The translations under genes and the position numbers were made by a program. DNA of 64,000 nt from Balneolaceae bacterium (GTDB taxonomy: Bacteria; Bacteroidota; Rhodothermia; Balneolales; Cyclonatronaceae): assembly GCA_007694035.1 (NCBI GenBank), contig RECM01000121.1:2649-66648 (forward strand), read 5' to 3'. Shown piece by piece: positions 1-10,006 of the stretch (the first letter of the stretch is position 1; each line of letters begins with the position of its first letter). A model generated the notes under the pieces. It was not told where the DNA came from and ran no database searches. It worked only from the letters and a program-made list of their open reading frames with translations.

Positions 1-778
1 TTAGCAGATTCCCCGGGGTTCCGACCCCCATCAGATACCGCGGCTTATTCTCAGACAGGTAACCGGTTACGAGATCGGTCATTTCATACATAAGATTGGA
101 GGGTTCCCCGACACTCAGGCCTCCGATTGCATTTCCGTCGAAGCCAAGGCCGTCAATGAACATGGCCGATTCTGATCGCAGGTCGGTGTTTGTTCCACCC
201 TGGCATATACCGAACTGCATCTGTTTATGACCATATAATGGGCCGGTATCACGAAAAGCTTTCAAGCCTCTGGCAGCCCATCGATGTGTTAGTTCCATAG
301 AGTTTTTGGCATATTCATAGCTGCATGGCCAGGGCGGACATTCATCAAGCAGCATCATAATATCGGAGCCCAGTATGCGCTGAATATCTACAACATTCTC
401 GGGGGTGAATTTATGGGATGAACCGTCGAGATGACTTTTAAATGTGGCACCCTGTTCTTCAAGAATCCGGTTGGCCGCCAGAGAGAAAACCTGGTAACCA
501 CCGGAATCGGTCAGTACAGGCCCTTCCCAGTTCATAAACCGGTGAAGTCCTCCGGCTTTTTCCATTATGTCGCAGCCGGGACGTAGATACAGATGGTATG
601 TATTACCCAGAATTATCTGTGCTTTGATTTCATCTCTGAGGTCGGTCTGCTTAACCGCTTTAACCGTGGCAAGGGTACCAACAGGCATGAAAATGGGTGT
701 CTGGATCAGACCATGATCTGTTGTAATTAGCCCGGTTCGGGCTTTTGTATGCGGGTCTTTCTTTAGTAGTTCAAACAT
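1..778 (-). CDS. tgt: queuine tRNA-ribosyltransferase, N-terminal ~259 codons (3' end runs off the window start)
   Basis: Absent from the ORF track because there is no stop in the window. Reverse-strand translation from the ATG at 778-776 reads MFELLKKDPHTKARTGLITTDHGLIQTPIFMPVGTLATVKAV...ILGNTYHLYLRPG...LTDSGGYQVFSL, the canonical Tgt N-terminus. Confidence 0.9.
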   Translation of the reverse strand, partial: MFELLKKDPHTKARTGLITTDHGLIQTPIFMPVGTLATVKAVKQTDLRDEIKAQIILGNTYHLYLRPGCDIMEKAGGLHRFMNWEGPVLTDSGGYQVFSLAANRILEEQGATFKSHLDGSSHKFTPENVVDIQRILGSDIMMLLDECPPWPCSYEYAKNSMELTHRWAARGLKAFRDTGPLYGHKQMQFGICQGGTNTDLRSESAMFIDGLGFDGNAIGGLSVGEPSNLMYEMTDLVTGYLSENKPRYLMGVGTPGNLL

Positions 779-919
779 GAATCAATAAGCTGGGCAGCAA
801 AGATAAGCTTTCCGCATCATACTCACCTAATACTGCACCAATTACAATAAGTATTACCACCATAATGAAAGTGCCGGTATATGATTGCCGTCAAATTCGT
901 ATTATATGCGCTGGTTTGA

Positions 920-2386
920 ATGAGAATCATGAAAAAAACATTAACACATAGTCAAAAAATTCTGCGCTTTGAGCGTACCGGCGACATTCTTATAACCATG
1001 CTTGGTGATCTGATTGTGCTGGTTCTGGCCTGGTATGCGTTTTATTATATCAGGTTTGAGTGGGGCTGGCTCGATATAATAGAGACAGTCAGACCGCGGA
1101 TTCTGTTCATACCTTCAGTTGTGCTGGCTATTTACTGGCTTCTGGTATTCGGCATCTTCGGGTTATATAAAAAGCTTTACCTCGTATCCCGGTTCGACGA
1201 GATAGTGAGGGTAGGCCAGATCACCATTATTGGTACGCTCATTCTGTTTTTTCTGCTGTTTATTGAGAGCTCGAACTGGAATACAGACAATATCGGTTAT
1301 GCAAAAACCTATACACTGGTATACTGGCTTATTATATTCTCATTTGTATCTCTGAACCGCTTCGTTGTGAGATCGGTACAGCGTTATAAGGTAAAACAGG
1401 GCAAGGGGCTGCATAAAGCCCTTATTGTCGGTATTGGTCCAACGGCCCTGCAGGTACATCAAAATATTCTGAGGCATAAAACTTCCGGGCTGAATGTGGT
1501 CGGTTTTATTTCGCAAAATGGGGTTAGCAGGGTACATGAACAGGCCATACACGATGATGACATCCTGGGTGAGATCAGCCAGATAAAGGAGATTATCACA
1601 AAAGAGGGTGTTCAGGATGTAATCATAGCAATGGAACCGGAAAACCGTGACAAACTTATCGATGTACTCGATAAAATTGATATTCCTGATGTGTCTGTGA
1701 AAATTCTGCCCGATTTCTATCAGATGATAAGCGGCCTGAATCAGACAAACCAGATTTTCGGCCTGCCTCTTATTGAAGTGATGCCCGACCCTATGCCATC
1801 GTGGGAGAAATTCTTTAAAAGACTGATGGATATAGTGTTGTCGCTTGTATTGCTTATTGTGACATTGCCTGTAATTCTTGTGGTTGTTGTGCTTATCAGG
1901 ATCACTTCGCCGGGGCCCGCGATTTACCGCCAGAAGAGGGTGGGTAAATTCAGCCGACAGTTTACAATGTACAAATTCCGGACAATGCACCAGAATGCAG
2001 AAACCGGAACCGGACCCGTGTGGGCCAGTGGCGATGATCCGCGCATTACACCTTTGGGTTACTGGTTGCGAAAACTGAGAATTGATGAGTTGCCCCAGCT
2101 TTTAAATGTGCTCAAAGGAGATATGAGCCTGGTTGGACCAAGGCCCGAACGCCCATTTTTTGTTGAACAATTTCTCAAGCAGATACCGCTTTATCACCGA
2201 AGGCTCAGGGTCAGGCCCGGAATTACCGGGTGGGCTCAGGTGAAATGGAAATATGATGAAAGTTTCGACGATGTGGTTGAAAAAACAAAATACGACCTGT
2301 TCTATGTTGAAAACATGTCGCTGCGAATGGATCTTAAAATTCTTATAAACACATTATTTACTATGATATCGGGAAAGGGACAATGA
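920..2386 (+). CDS. polyprenyl-phosphate sugar phosphotransferase (WbaP/WcaJ-type exopolysaccharide priming enzyme)
   Basis: 488-aa ORF with N-terminal TM segments. The C-terminal bacterial sugar transferase domain carries YKFRTM...DPRITPLG..LRK.RIDELPQLLNVLKGDMSLVGPRPERP. Confidence 0.85.
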   Translation: MRIMKKTLTHSQKILRFERTGDILITMLGDLIVLVLAWYAFYYIRFEWGWLDIIETVRPRILFIPSVVLAIYWLLVFGIFGLYKKLYLVSRFDEIVRVGQITIIGTLILFFLLFIESSNWNTDNIGYAKTYTLVYWLIIFSFVSLNRFVVRSVQRYKVKQGKGLHKALIVGIGPTALQVHQNILRHKTSGLNVVGFISQNGVSRVHEQAIHDDDILGEISQIKEIITKEGVQDVIIAMEPENRDKLIDVLDKIDIPDVSVKILPDFYQMISGLNQTNQIFGLPLIEVMPDPMPSWEKFFKRLMDIVLSLVLLIVTLPVILVVVVLIRITSPGPAIYRQKRVGKFSRQFTMYKFRTMHQNAETGTGPVWASGDDPRITPLGYWLRKLRIDELPQLLNVLKGDMSLVGPRPERPFFVEQFLKQIPLYHRRLRVRPGITGWAQVKWKYDESFDDVVEKTKYDLFYVENMSLRMDLKILINTLFTMISGKGQ

Positions 2387-2512
2387 ACCTGGGTATACAA
2401 ATCTGATGTTCATTATTCAATAAGAAGTAAAGTGTTTTTAATGTATTTATACCATCACGTATAGCGGCCATATAATTAAACAAATCAAATCTGATCATAT
2501 ATACAGAAACCA

Positions 2513-3241
2513 ATGCCAAGTGATTCACTGGTTATAATCCCCACATATAACGAAGCGCACAATATCGGGCGCATACTCACACGCCTGATGGCACTGAACA
2601 TGTCTGTTGATGTACTGGTGGTGGATGACGGTTCACCCGATGGAACCGCATCTATTGTGGTGAAACATCAGAAAGAGATGCCCGGTCGTATTCATCTGCT
2701 CAGAAGAGAGGGTAAGCTGGGCCTTGGAACGGCTTATGTGGCCGGTTTCAAATATGCACTCGAACATAGCTACCGCTTCATTGTCGAAATGGATGCCGAC
2801 TTTTCACATGATCCTGATGATGTACCCCGTCTCATTGAGGTGTTGCAGAATGATGAGTCGGATGTGGCAATTGGATCCAGGTATCACAATGGCATCAGCA
2901 TAGTAAACTGGCCTCTCTCGCGGCTCATTTTGTCGTACTCGGCGAATTTATACGCGAGAATAATTACCGGTTTACCCATTAAGGATACAACGGCAGGATT
3001 CAAGGCATTTAAAAGGGAAGTGCTCGAGACCATTAATCTTGACAGGATCAAATCGAACGGCTACTCGTTCCAGATCGAAATGCACTTTCGTGCCATGAAG
3101 GCAGGTTTCAGGCTGAAAGAAGTATCTATCATCTTCAGGGAACGTACTGAAGGGGTTTCCAAAATGTCAAGATCAATTATTTTTGAAGCCATATGGATGG
3201 TATGGGCCCTGAAATTACGCAGCCTTATTAACAGGCTCTGA
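2513..3241 (+). CDS. GT2 glycosyltransferase, polyprenol-phosphate mannose synthase-like
   Basis: IIPTYNEAHNI, VVDDGSPDGT and EMDADFSHDP motifs typical of Dpm1-like GT2 enzymes; 242 aa. Confidence 0.85.
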   Translation: MPSDSLVIIPTYNEAHNIGRILTRLMALNMSVDVLVVDDGSPDGTASIVVKHQKEMPGRIHLLRREGKLGLGTAYVAGFKYALEHSYRFIVEMDADFSHDPDDVPRLIEVLQNDESDVAIGSRYHNGISIVNWPLSRLILSYSANLYARIITGLPIKDTTAGFKAFKREVLETINLDRIKSNGYSFQIEMHFRAMKAGFRLKEVSIIFRERTEGVSKMSRSIIFEAIWMVWALKLRSLINRL

Positions 3242-3545
3242 ACCGTCAATCCTTGATTTGTTACCATTTTTTTTATCTTGTGATGTCGGTTATCCCGGCG
3301 GTTGTTGTAATTTTCATCATGATCCGTTGAACCGTTTTCATTGTGCGGGTATTCCAAGATTGTAAAACGGAATTTATTAGTACCGGTTACCAGAACGATG
3401 TTGTACTGAGTATACAGTGTTGCGGAGTATTAACGACTGGTAGCTAACAGATCAGCTGAAATGTTATCTTATGCAGGTTGAACTTTTATATTTTTGAACT
3501 GATACAGACAATCCGGAACGGTGTGTCCGGGTAAAGGAAAGCTAT

Positions 3546-4499
3546 ATGAACTATCTCGATTTTGAAAAGCCTATCGCCGAGCTTGAAAAAAAGATCGCCG
3601 AATTGAATACGATTTCGGTTGCTGAAAACGACGTGCTTGTACCCGAAATCAAGCGGCTTCGAAAAAGAGTCGATGAACTGAGAATCTCAATATTTGAGAA
3701 CCTTACCAGCTGGCAACGTGTACAGGTGGCCCGCCATCCCGACCGTCCCTACACCCTTGATTATATTTTCAAGATGTGCGACCGTTTCATGGAACTCCAT
3801 GGCGACAGGTATTACGGCGACGATAAGGCCATTGTTGGCGGTACAGCAACCCTCGACGGTTACTCTGTAATGATGATCGGGCAGCAAAAAGGTCGCGATA
3901 CCAAAATGCGGCAGTACCGGAATTTTGGAATGCCCAATCCTGAAGGATACAGGAAGGCCCGCAGGTTGATGAAGATCGCTGAAAAATTCAACATGCCCGT
4001 AATTACCCTGCTCGATACCCCCGGTGCATTTCCCGGGCTGGAAGCTGAGGAGAGGGGGCAGGCCGAAGCCATTGCCCGCAACCTGAAAGAAATGGCTGTA
4101 TTGAGGGTTCCAATTATCACCGTTATCATAGGTGAAGGAGCAAGCGGAGGAGCTCTCGGAATTGGAATGGGCAACGAGGTATATATGATGGAAAATACAT
4201 GGTACTCGGTTATCTCTCCGGAGTCGTGCAGTTCAATTCTCTGGAAAACCTGGGATTATAAGGAAGAGGCCGCATCCGCATTGAAACTCACTGCCAATGA
4301 CCTTATGGAGTTGAAAATCATTGATGGTATAATCAAAGAACCACTCGGGGGAGCACACAGGGATCATGAAGCAGCTGCTGAAGCCGTAAAAAAACAGTTG
4401 CTGGTGAGTATTAAGCGCCTCAAAAAAATGAAACCCGACCAACTCGTGGAACACCGGATTGATAAATACTCCCAAATGGGTGACTGGATTGAAGCATAA
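3546..4499 (+). CDS. accA: acetyl-CoA carboxylase carboxyltransferase subunit alpha
   Basis: 317 aa. Has [47 protein letters not shown] and [10 protein letters not shown]. Confidence 0.95.
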   Translation: MNYLDFEKPIAELEKKIAELNTISVAENDVLVPEIKRLRKRVDELRISIFENLTSWQRVQVARHPDRPYTLDYIFKMCDRFMELHGDRYYGDDKAIVGGTATLDGYSVMMIGQQKGRDTKMRQYRNFGMPNPEGYRKARRLMKIAEKFNMPVITLLDTPGAFPGLEAEERGQAEAIARNLKEMAVLRVPIITVIIGEGASGGALGIGMGNEVYMMENTWYSVISPESCSSILWKTWDYKEEAASALKLTANDLMELKIIDGIIKEPLGGAHRDHEAAAEAVKKQLLVSIKRLKKMKPDQLVEHRIDKYSQMGDWIEA

Positions 4500-5040
4500 A
4501 GACGTTATATCAGCTGGAAGTGAAAAGCCTGCAGATACCGTAAATCCCGATGCGGCTGTTCAAACCGGGGTTTATAAAAAAGATGCCCGGCCGGATGCAA
4601 CTGATATTCTGTTTCCTGATACCCAGCCCATTTTCCACCATACTGTTCATATAAGAAGCCGATATGGTGAGACCGATAAAATGGGATATCTGTACCATGC
4701 CCGGTTCATCGATTATTTTGATGTGGCACGCACCGAAATGATCAGGCTTGGCGATATAGATTACAAAAAACTGGAAGATTCCGGTATTATTATGCCCGTT
4801 CTGGATGTTAGGGTCCGGTATTTTGAGCCGGTATTCTACGATGAGGAAGTGAGGGTTCTGGTTCATGTTTATGAATGGCCGCTAACACGTTTGCATACAC
4901 ATTATAAGGTTACCGGTTCTGCTGGCGGCCTTAAAGCCTATGGCAAGGTTTCCCTCTGTTTTGTGAATGAACAAACCCGTAAACCGGTCAGGGCTCCCAA
5001 ACCCCTGCTTGATGCCATGCGACGATATGTACAGCATTGA
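4459..5040 (+). CDS. acyl-CoA thioesterase, 4HBT/YbgC hotdog family (start codon uncertain)
   Basis: The C-terminal ~135 aa ([29 protein letters not shown]...[13 protein letters not shown]) match the YbgC-type hotdog fold. The longest ORF starts at a TTG 41 nt inside accA. The ~55-aa N-terminal extension has no recognisable domain, so the true start is probably further downstream. Confidence 0.7.
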   Translation: MINTPKWVTGLKHKDVISAGSEKPADTVNPDAAVQTGVYKKDARPDATDILFPDTQPIFHHTVHIRSRYGETDKMGYLYHARFIDYFDVARTEMIRLGDIDYKKLEDSGIIMPVLDVRVRYFEPVFYDEEVRVLVHVYEWPLTRLHTHYKVTGSAGGLKAYGKVSLCFVNEQTRKPVRAPKPLLDAMRRYVQH

Positions 5041-5881
5041 TCATCCCGATATTATCACTATAGTAGATCTTGCGCTCCGTGAGGATATTGGCAGCGGTGA
5101 TATTACCACCCAGGCCATTTATACCGGAAGTGAAACCGCTACCGGGATTGTAATGTCAAGGCAGGAAGGTGTTATAGCCGGTATTGAGCTGGCCCGGCTG
5201 ATTGCAGAAAAGATTGATGATGAATTGCATTTTACGAATTTCACTAAAGACGGAGACCTTGTCGCCGACGGACAAAATATTCTGAAAATTGAGGGCAGCG
5301 CGGCTTCCATACTGACTGCAGAACGCACCATGCTCAATTTCATGCAGCGCATGAGCGGTATCGCCACATCAACCCGCTTTTACACAAAGGCGCTATCAGA
5401 AACATCCACCAGGATTCTTGACACACGGAAAACGGTTCCCGGAAACAGGCTGCTCGATAAGTGGGCCGTACAACTGGGTGGTGGTGTGAATCACAGGTTG
5501 CGGCTTGATGATATGTTTCTGATCAAGGAAAACCATATAGCTGTGGCCGGTGGTATCAAGGAGGCGGTAAAACGGTGTGCTGCCTTCAGGGAAAAGAATA
5601 AGCCGGACTGTAAAATTGAAGTTGAAGTACGCGATCTGGACGAATTGAGTGAAGCCCTTGAAACATCTCTTTGCGATTTTATACTGCTCGACAACATGTC
5701 TGATGAGATGCTGAGGCAGGCTGTAATCATAAATGCCGGCAGATCCAGCCTTGAGGCATCCGGAAACATGACAATCGACAGAGTGTTGGCTGTAGCGAAT
5801 ACCGGCGTTGATTTCATATCTGTCGGGGCGCTCACACACTCCACTAAAGCCCTTGACCTTTCTATGCTTTTTCAGCAGTAA
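5027..5881 (+). CDS. nadC: nicotinate-nucleotide pyrophosphorylase (carboxylating)
   Basis: LREDIGSGDITT, RKTVPGNRLLDKWAV..GGG.NHR..L.D..LIKENH and the C-terminal DFISVGALTHS. I chose the ATG at 5027 (MYSIDHPD...), which overlaps the thioesterase stop by 14 nt, rather than the longer ORF start at 4967. Confidence 0.9.
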   Translation: MYSIDHPDIITIVDLALREDIGSGDITTQAIYTGSETATGIVMSRQEGVIAGIELARLIAEKIDDELHFTNFTKDGDLVADGQNILKIEGSAASILTAERTMLNFMQRMSGIATSTRFYTKALSETSTRILDTRKTVPGNRLLDKWAVQLGGGVNHRLRLDDMFLIKENHIAVAGGIKEAVKRCAAFREKNKPDCKIEVEVRDLDELSEALETSLCDFILLDNMSDEMLRQAVIINAGRSSLEASGNMTIDRVLAVANTGVDFISVGALTHSTKALDLSMLFQQ

Positions 5882-5896
5882 AACTGCGTATCAGTT

Positions 5897-6340
5897 TTGT
5901 ATCCAACTAATTTACATCTCAAAACCACGGTATTTTTGGGTGCTATTGCTTCGGTGATTATTGCAACCGGCCCGGGATTGTTTGGTACCACCGATATAAC
6001 GGAATGGTTTACAAGCTGGCAGCGATTCATTTTAAGCGGGACGTGCCATCAATCGCCTGATCGCAGCTATTTTATATCAGGCATACCCATGGCGGTTTGC
6101 AGCCGGTGCTATGGATTCTACTGGGGCCTTCTTGCGGGGCTGCCTCTGGCTTTGCTGATACCATCGCGCTATCATCAGAGAAAACAGGCACTGCTGTTTC
6201 TGGCTGCCGTTGTTGTGCTAATAACTGCCGATGTTGCATTCAGTATGGCGGGGTTATGGCAAAATACCTTAACTTCCCGCTTCATTACCGGAATGCTGCT
6301 TGGCAGCAGCCTGTACGCAGCTATTTTTTTTAACAGGTAA
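5897..6340 (+). CDS. DUF2085-like membrane protein
   Basis: 147 aa with several TM segments and CHQSPDRSY...AVCSRCYGFYWG, the Cys/His pattern I associate with DUF2085. TTG start. Confidence 0.6.
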   Translation: MYPTNLHLKTTVFLGAIASVIIATGPGLFGTTDITEWFTSWQRFILSGTCHQSPDRSYFISGIPMAVCSRCYGFYWGLLAGLPLALLIPSRYHQRKQALLFLAAVVVLITADVAFSMAGLWQNTLTSRFITGMLLGSSLYAAIFFNR

Positions 6341-6345
6341 CTAAT

Positions 6346-6897
6346 TTGAAAAATTATATGGAACCGATAAAACACAACAACTACTGGAATGCAGTTCTGA
6401 AATGGGGGCTCATTTTTGCGGCTGCAGATACCTTTCTTACACTTATTGTGAATTTCCTGCTTATTTCGTCGCCCAGTCTGATGGCACTTTTCTTTTCTGG
6501 TATCATTGTTTGCCTTTTCATTGCTTTCGGTGGATTGTTTGCTGTACGCCAGCATGTGTCGGACCACGGTACGAATATTACTATCGGCAGGGGTGCATTA
6601 ATTGGATTTCTTACGGCATGTATTATAGTGGTGGGCAGCCAGATTTTTTCCGAGATTTATTTTCTGATCGACAGCACATTTTTACAGCGGCTCACGGAAG
6701 CACAGATAGCAGCCTATGAAAACTCTGAATTTATTCCGAATGAAACCAGGCAGGCCATGATCGATGCTACCTACTCTCAAATGCAGTCGGGGCGGTCGTT
6801 TCTCGGGATTATCTGGAGTATGCTGGGCGGTCTTGTTTTTACCGGTGCCCTGAACGCGCTTACCGGAATGCTTGCAGCAAACATTTATAAAAATTAG
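6346..6897 (+). CDS. multi-pass membrane protein (DUF4199-like)
   Basis: 183 aa with four hydrophobic segments. Packed 5 nt after the previous gene. Family assignment is from memory of the architecture only. Confidence 0.5.
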   Translation: MKNYMEPIKHNNYWNAVLKWGLIFAAADTFLTLIVNFLLISSPSLMALFFSGIIVCLFIAFGGLFAVRQHVSDHGTNITIGRGALIGFLTACIIVVGSQIFSEIYFLIDSTFLQRLTEAQIAAYENSEFIPNETRQAMIDATYSQMQSGRSFLGIIWSMLGGLVFTGALNALTGMLAANIYKN

Positions 6898-7840
6898 GCA
6901 TCAGATATTGGAATCAAATCCGGGTACACCGATAAACAGATACTACACCTCCTGGTCGGACCGAAACGGTTTTGCCCCGTGGGTAATGGCCCTTGCATGG
7001 GTAATAGCAGCATTTATCCTGTTTCAGCTTGGGGGATTGATTTTGCTGCTGGGCTCGCTGGTAGTTAGCGGGGAGATAACCGCATTTCTGGAAGATCCCG
7101 GTAATATAGAACCCTATCTCACGCACCTGATAACCGGCAACAGTATAATGCAGATACTTGTATTTGCTTTTGGCACGGTACTTTTTGCCAGACTGTCGGT
7201 GCAATCGGCCGATATCAAAAGTTTTTTGCGCCTGCATACCGACAACAGAACCCTGGTCTACTCATTGCTCGCTGTTTTACTTATCGTTTCGATGCAGCCG
7301 ATCATATATCTGTTGAGCTATCTGAATGCCCAGATACCTCTACCGGAATTCATACAGGGCTTTGAGGATTCCCAGAATGAACTTATTTCAGGCCTGCTTA
7401 CCGGCGATCAGTTATTGCTTGTTACTCTCATCCATATTGCTGTTGTACCATCGGTTTGTGAGGAAATCATGTACAGGGGATATGTGATGCGAATGTTTGA
7501 ACGCTCGACTTCACCATTTTGGGCCATTCTAATTACGGGAGCTATATTCGGTGCCTATCATATGAGGCTTTCGCAATTGATTCCGCTTATTCTGTTGGGC
7601 ATTGTGATAACCTGGCTGGCCTGGAAAGCAAACAGCCTTGTTCCAGCTATGGCAGCTCACCTTGCGAATAACGGGGGCAGTGTTATTCTGGCAAACAGGT
7701 ATCCTGAAATGGCCACAGTTGAATATTCAGAAACCTTTACACTCGATCCCCTATTAATTGGCGGATCGTTGATATTTTCAATTATATTAGTGTATGTGAT
7801 TTCAGTAAAGGTTAATAAACCAGACGGAGGTGCTCCATGA
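6872..7840 (+). CDS. CPBP (CAAX-type) intramembrane metalloprotease family protein
   Basis: Polytopic protein with the CPBP motifs EEIMYRGY, FGAYH and AAHLANN. The start is uncertain because the longest ORF overlaps the upstream gene by 26 nt. Confidence 0.75.
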   Translation: MQQTFIKIRHQILESNPGTPINRYYTSWSDRNGFAPWVMALAWVIAAFILFQLGGLILLLGSLVVSGEITAFLEDPGNIEPYLTHLITGNSIMQILVFAFGTVLFARLSVQSADIKSFLRLHTDNRTLVYSLLAVLLIVSMQPIIYLLSYLNAQIPLPEFIQGFEDSQNELISGLLTGDQLLLVTLIHIAVVPSVCEEIMYRGYVMRMFERSTSPFWAILITGAIFGAYHMRLSQLIPLILLGIVITWLAWKANSLVPAMAAHLANNGGSVILANRYPEMATVEYSETFTLDPLLIGGSLIFSIILVYVISVKVNKPDGGAP

Positions 7841-8112
7841 TGAAAGATAAACCCTCATCAGATCATGTTGAAAATTGGGAATGTGTTTACGAAACGGGAA
7901 CACCCTATGAGGCTGAAATGGTCAAAAACAGTCTTCAGAATATGGAGATACCGTGTCAGATTCTGAGCAAAAGAGATTCTCCGTTTAATGTGAATATTGG
8001 CGATCTGGCCCTGATTTTTGTTTATGTACCCATAGAATTTGCCGAACAAGCCAGGGAAATGATCGATAATTTTGAAGCGCCTGAGTCAGATAACGGAGAT
8101 GAAGAGGAATAA
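7837..8112 (+). CDS. DUF2007-like small protein with acidic tail
   Basis: 91 aa. The ATGATG junction overlaps the CPBP stop. The core VYETGTPYEAEMVKNSLQNMEIPCQI resembles the putative signal-transducing DUF2007 fold. Confidence 0.55.
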   Translation: MMKDKPSSDHVENWECVYETGTPYEAEMVKNSLQNMEIPCQILSKRDSPFNVNIGDLALIFVYVPIEFAEQAREMIDNFEAPESDNGDEEE

Positions 8113-8121
8113 GGGGGCGCA

Positions 8122-8934
8122 TTGTCAGAACTGAAAAAGCGTATTCTGTTTGCCCTTATCGCAGCCCCGGTATTCATTGTTTTTTTGTGGATCGGGGGCC
8201 TGCCTTTCAAGATTCTTATTCTTTTGTTGACCATTGCCACTCAGTCTGAAATAGCACGAATGCTTAAACCCGCTGGTTTTGGTCCGAATACCGTGGTTAT
8301 GTATCTGAGTGCGGTTTGGGTACTCTGGTTGCCGGATATTCAATATGCACACCTGTATGGTTTTGGCCTGTTGCTGCTGCTTTGCCTTATGGAGGTTACC
8401 GGTAACCCGAAAAATGACTTCAGAAGGCTGTTCAGTACTGTATACTGTGCTGTGTGTATACCTGCCATTTATCTTACCCTCGTTTTATTGCGGTCGGCAC
8501 TTTTCGGTGATAACCTGGCCGGGTTTGCTGTCACACTTGCGCTTATGCTGATGGTGTGGGGCAATGATGTGTTTGCCTTTTTTGGCGGAACAACTTTCGG
8601 CAAACGGCTGCTTGCGCCCGCTATAAGTCCCAAAAAAACCTGGGAGGGTTTTTATTCAGGCTTTATAGGTTCTGCAGCCGGTTTGGCCATCGTATTTTTT
8701 GCTATGGATGCCTTTCCTCTCAACCTTATGCAGTCGGCCCCGATTATTCTCGTAGTTGGTATTTTTGGCCCCGTTGGAGATCTTTCGGCCAGCAAGTTAA
8801 AACGCTCATTCGGGGTCAAAGACTCCTCTTCCTTATTTCCGGGGCATGGCGGCGTATACGACCGCTTTGATGCAGTAATGTTGGCCGCTCCCGCGGTCTA
8901 TCTCTATCTGTCAATACTCAACATATTTACTTAA
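8122..8934 (+). CDS. cdsA: phosphatidate cytidylyltransferase (CDP-diglyceride synthase)
   Basis: Polytopic protein with WGNDVFAFFGG..FGK, SPKKTWEG and GDL.AS.LKR..GVKDSS.L.PGHGG.YDRFD. Confidence 0.9.
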   Translation: MSELKKRILFALIAAPVFIVFLWIGGLPFKILILLLTIATQSEIARMLKPAGFGPNTVVMYLSAVWVLWLPDIQYAHLYGFGLLLLLCLMEVTGNPKNDFRRLFSTVYCAVCIPAIYLTLVLLRSALFGDNLAGFAVTLALMLMVWGNDVFAFFGGTTFGKRLLAPAISPKKTWEGFYSGFIGSAAGLAIVFFAMDAFPLNLMQSAPIILVVGIFGPVGDLSASKLKRSFGVKDSSSLFPGHGGVYDRFDAVMLAAPAVYLYLSILNIFT

Positions 8935-8952
8935 CAATCTTATTTTTTAAAG

Positions 8953-9987
8953 ATGTTCAGGCTCACTTACAAGCAAGTTCGGATACCTCTTAAACGCACG
9001 TTTACAATTTCACGTGGATCCAGAGATGCGATTGATGTGGTATATGTGGCACTGGAATCAGAAGGGATAACCGGCTACGGGGAGGCAGCACCAAATCACC
9101 GCTACAATGAAACAGCCGAATCGGTTACAGGTGTGTTCAAATCATTTGAATCCGGAGGTATTAAAAATCCGTTCGACAGTTTACATGTAAATGAGTACAT
9201 CGGTTCATTGCACCAGTCTGAATTCTCGGCCAAGGCTGCACTTGAAATGGCCGTTCTTGATTGGGTCGGCAAAAAACTGAAAACACCTGTACACAGGCTC
9301 TGGAATGCCCCGTCCATAACCGGACCCAAAACATCTTTTACAATCGGTATTGATGAACCCTCGCTGATAGCCGGAAAAGTGAAGGAGGCAGAGGGGTACC
9401 CGATTCTGAAAGTTAAACTGGGTTCACCGTATGACCGCGAAATTATTGAAGAAATTCGCAAGGCTACCGATAAGCCGGTACTGGTAGATGCCAACGAGGG
9501 CTGGAAAACCGTAGATGAAGCGATGGACAATATCCGGTTTCTTGCCGGCATGAACATTGAACTGATAGAGCAGCCCATGCCATCATCGATGCATGCCGAA
9601 ATGACCATCCTCAAACAACAATCGGAGATACCCCTTATAGCCGATGAGAGTTTTACAGGCAGGGAAGATCTGGGAACATTATCCGACGCTTTTCACGGCA
9701 TAAATATCAAGCTGATGAAAACGGGATCCATGCGCGTAGCCATGCAGAAGATTGCTGAAGCCAGAATACATGGACTTAAGGTAATGATAGGGTGCATGGT
9801 CGAAACCTCACTGGCCGATACGGCCTCGGCGATTTTGAGTCTTTGGGCCGACTATGCCGACATCGATGGCCACTTGCTTGTGAGCCGAAACCCGTTTACT
9901 GGTGTAGTAGTCAATAAAGATGGTTATGTTACCCTGAACGACCTGGATGGGCTCGGTGTTGAATTGAAAGAAGATATTTTTGACTGA
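8953..9987 (+). CDS. dipeptide epimerase (L-Ala-D/L-Glu epimerase-like, enolase superfamily)
   Basis: 344 aa. Has KVKLG, VDANEGW, IEQP and ADES metal and catalytic motifs in the MLE-subgroup order. Confidence 0.8.
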   Translation: MFRLTYKQVRIPLKRTFTISRGSRDAIDVVYVALESEGITGYGEAAPNHRYNETAESVTGVFKSFESGGIKNPFDSLHVNEYIGSLHQSEFSAKAALEMAVLDWVGKKLKTPVHRLWNAPSITGPKTSFTIGIDEPSLIAGKVKEAEGYPILKVKLGSPYDREIIEEIRKATDKPVLVDANEGWKTVDEAMDNIRFLAGMNIELIEQPMPSSMHAEMTILKQQSEIPLIADESFTGREDLGTLSDAFHGINIKLMKTGSMRVAMQKIAEARIHGLKVMIGCMVETSLADTASAILSLWADYADIDGHLLVSRNPFTGVVVNKDGYVTLNDLDGLGVELKEDIFD

Positions 9988-10006
9988 AGCACAATAGGCA
10001 ACGACT

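Noticed and set aside
1340-1990. Long antisense ORFs inside well-supported genes (for example 1340-1990, 21783-22316, 23889-24440 and 53074-53583).
   Set aside because: Each is fully embedded opposite a gene with strong family motifs (sugar transferase, aroA, dnaK, clpB). None has motifs or a plausible start context.
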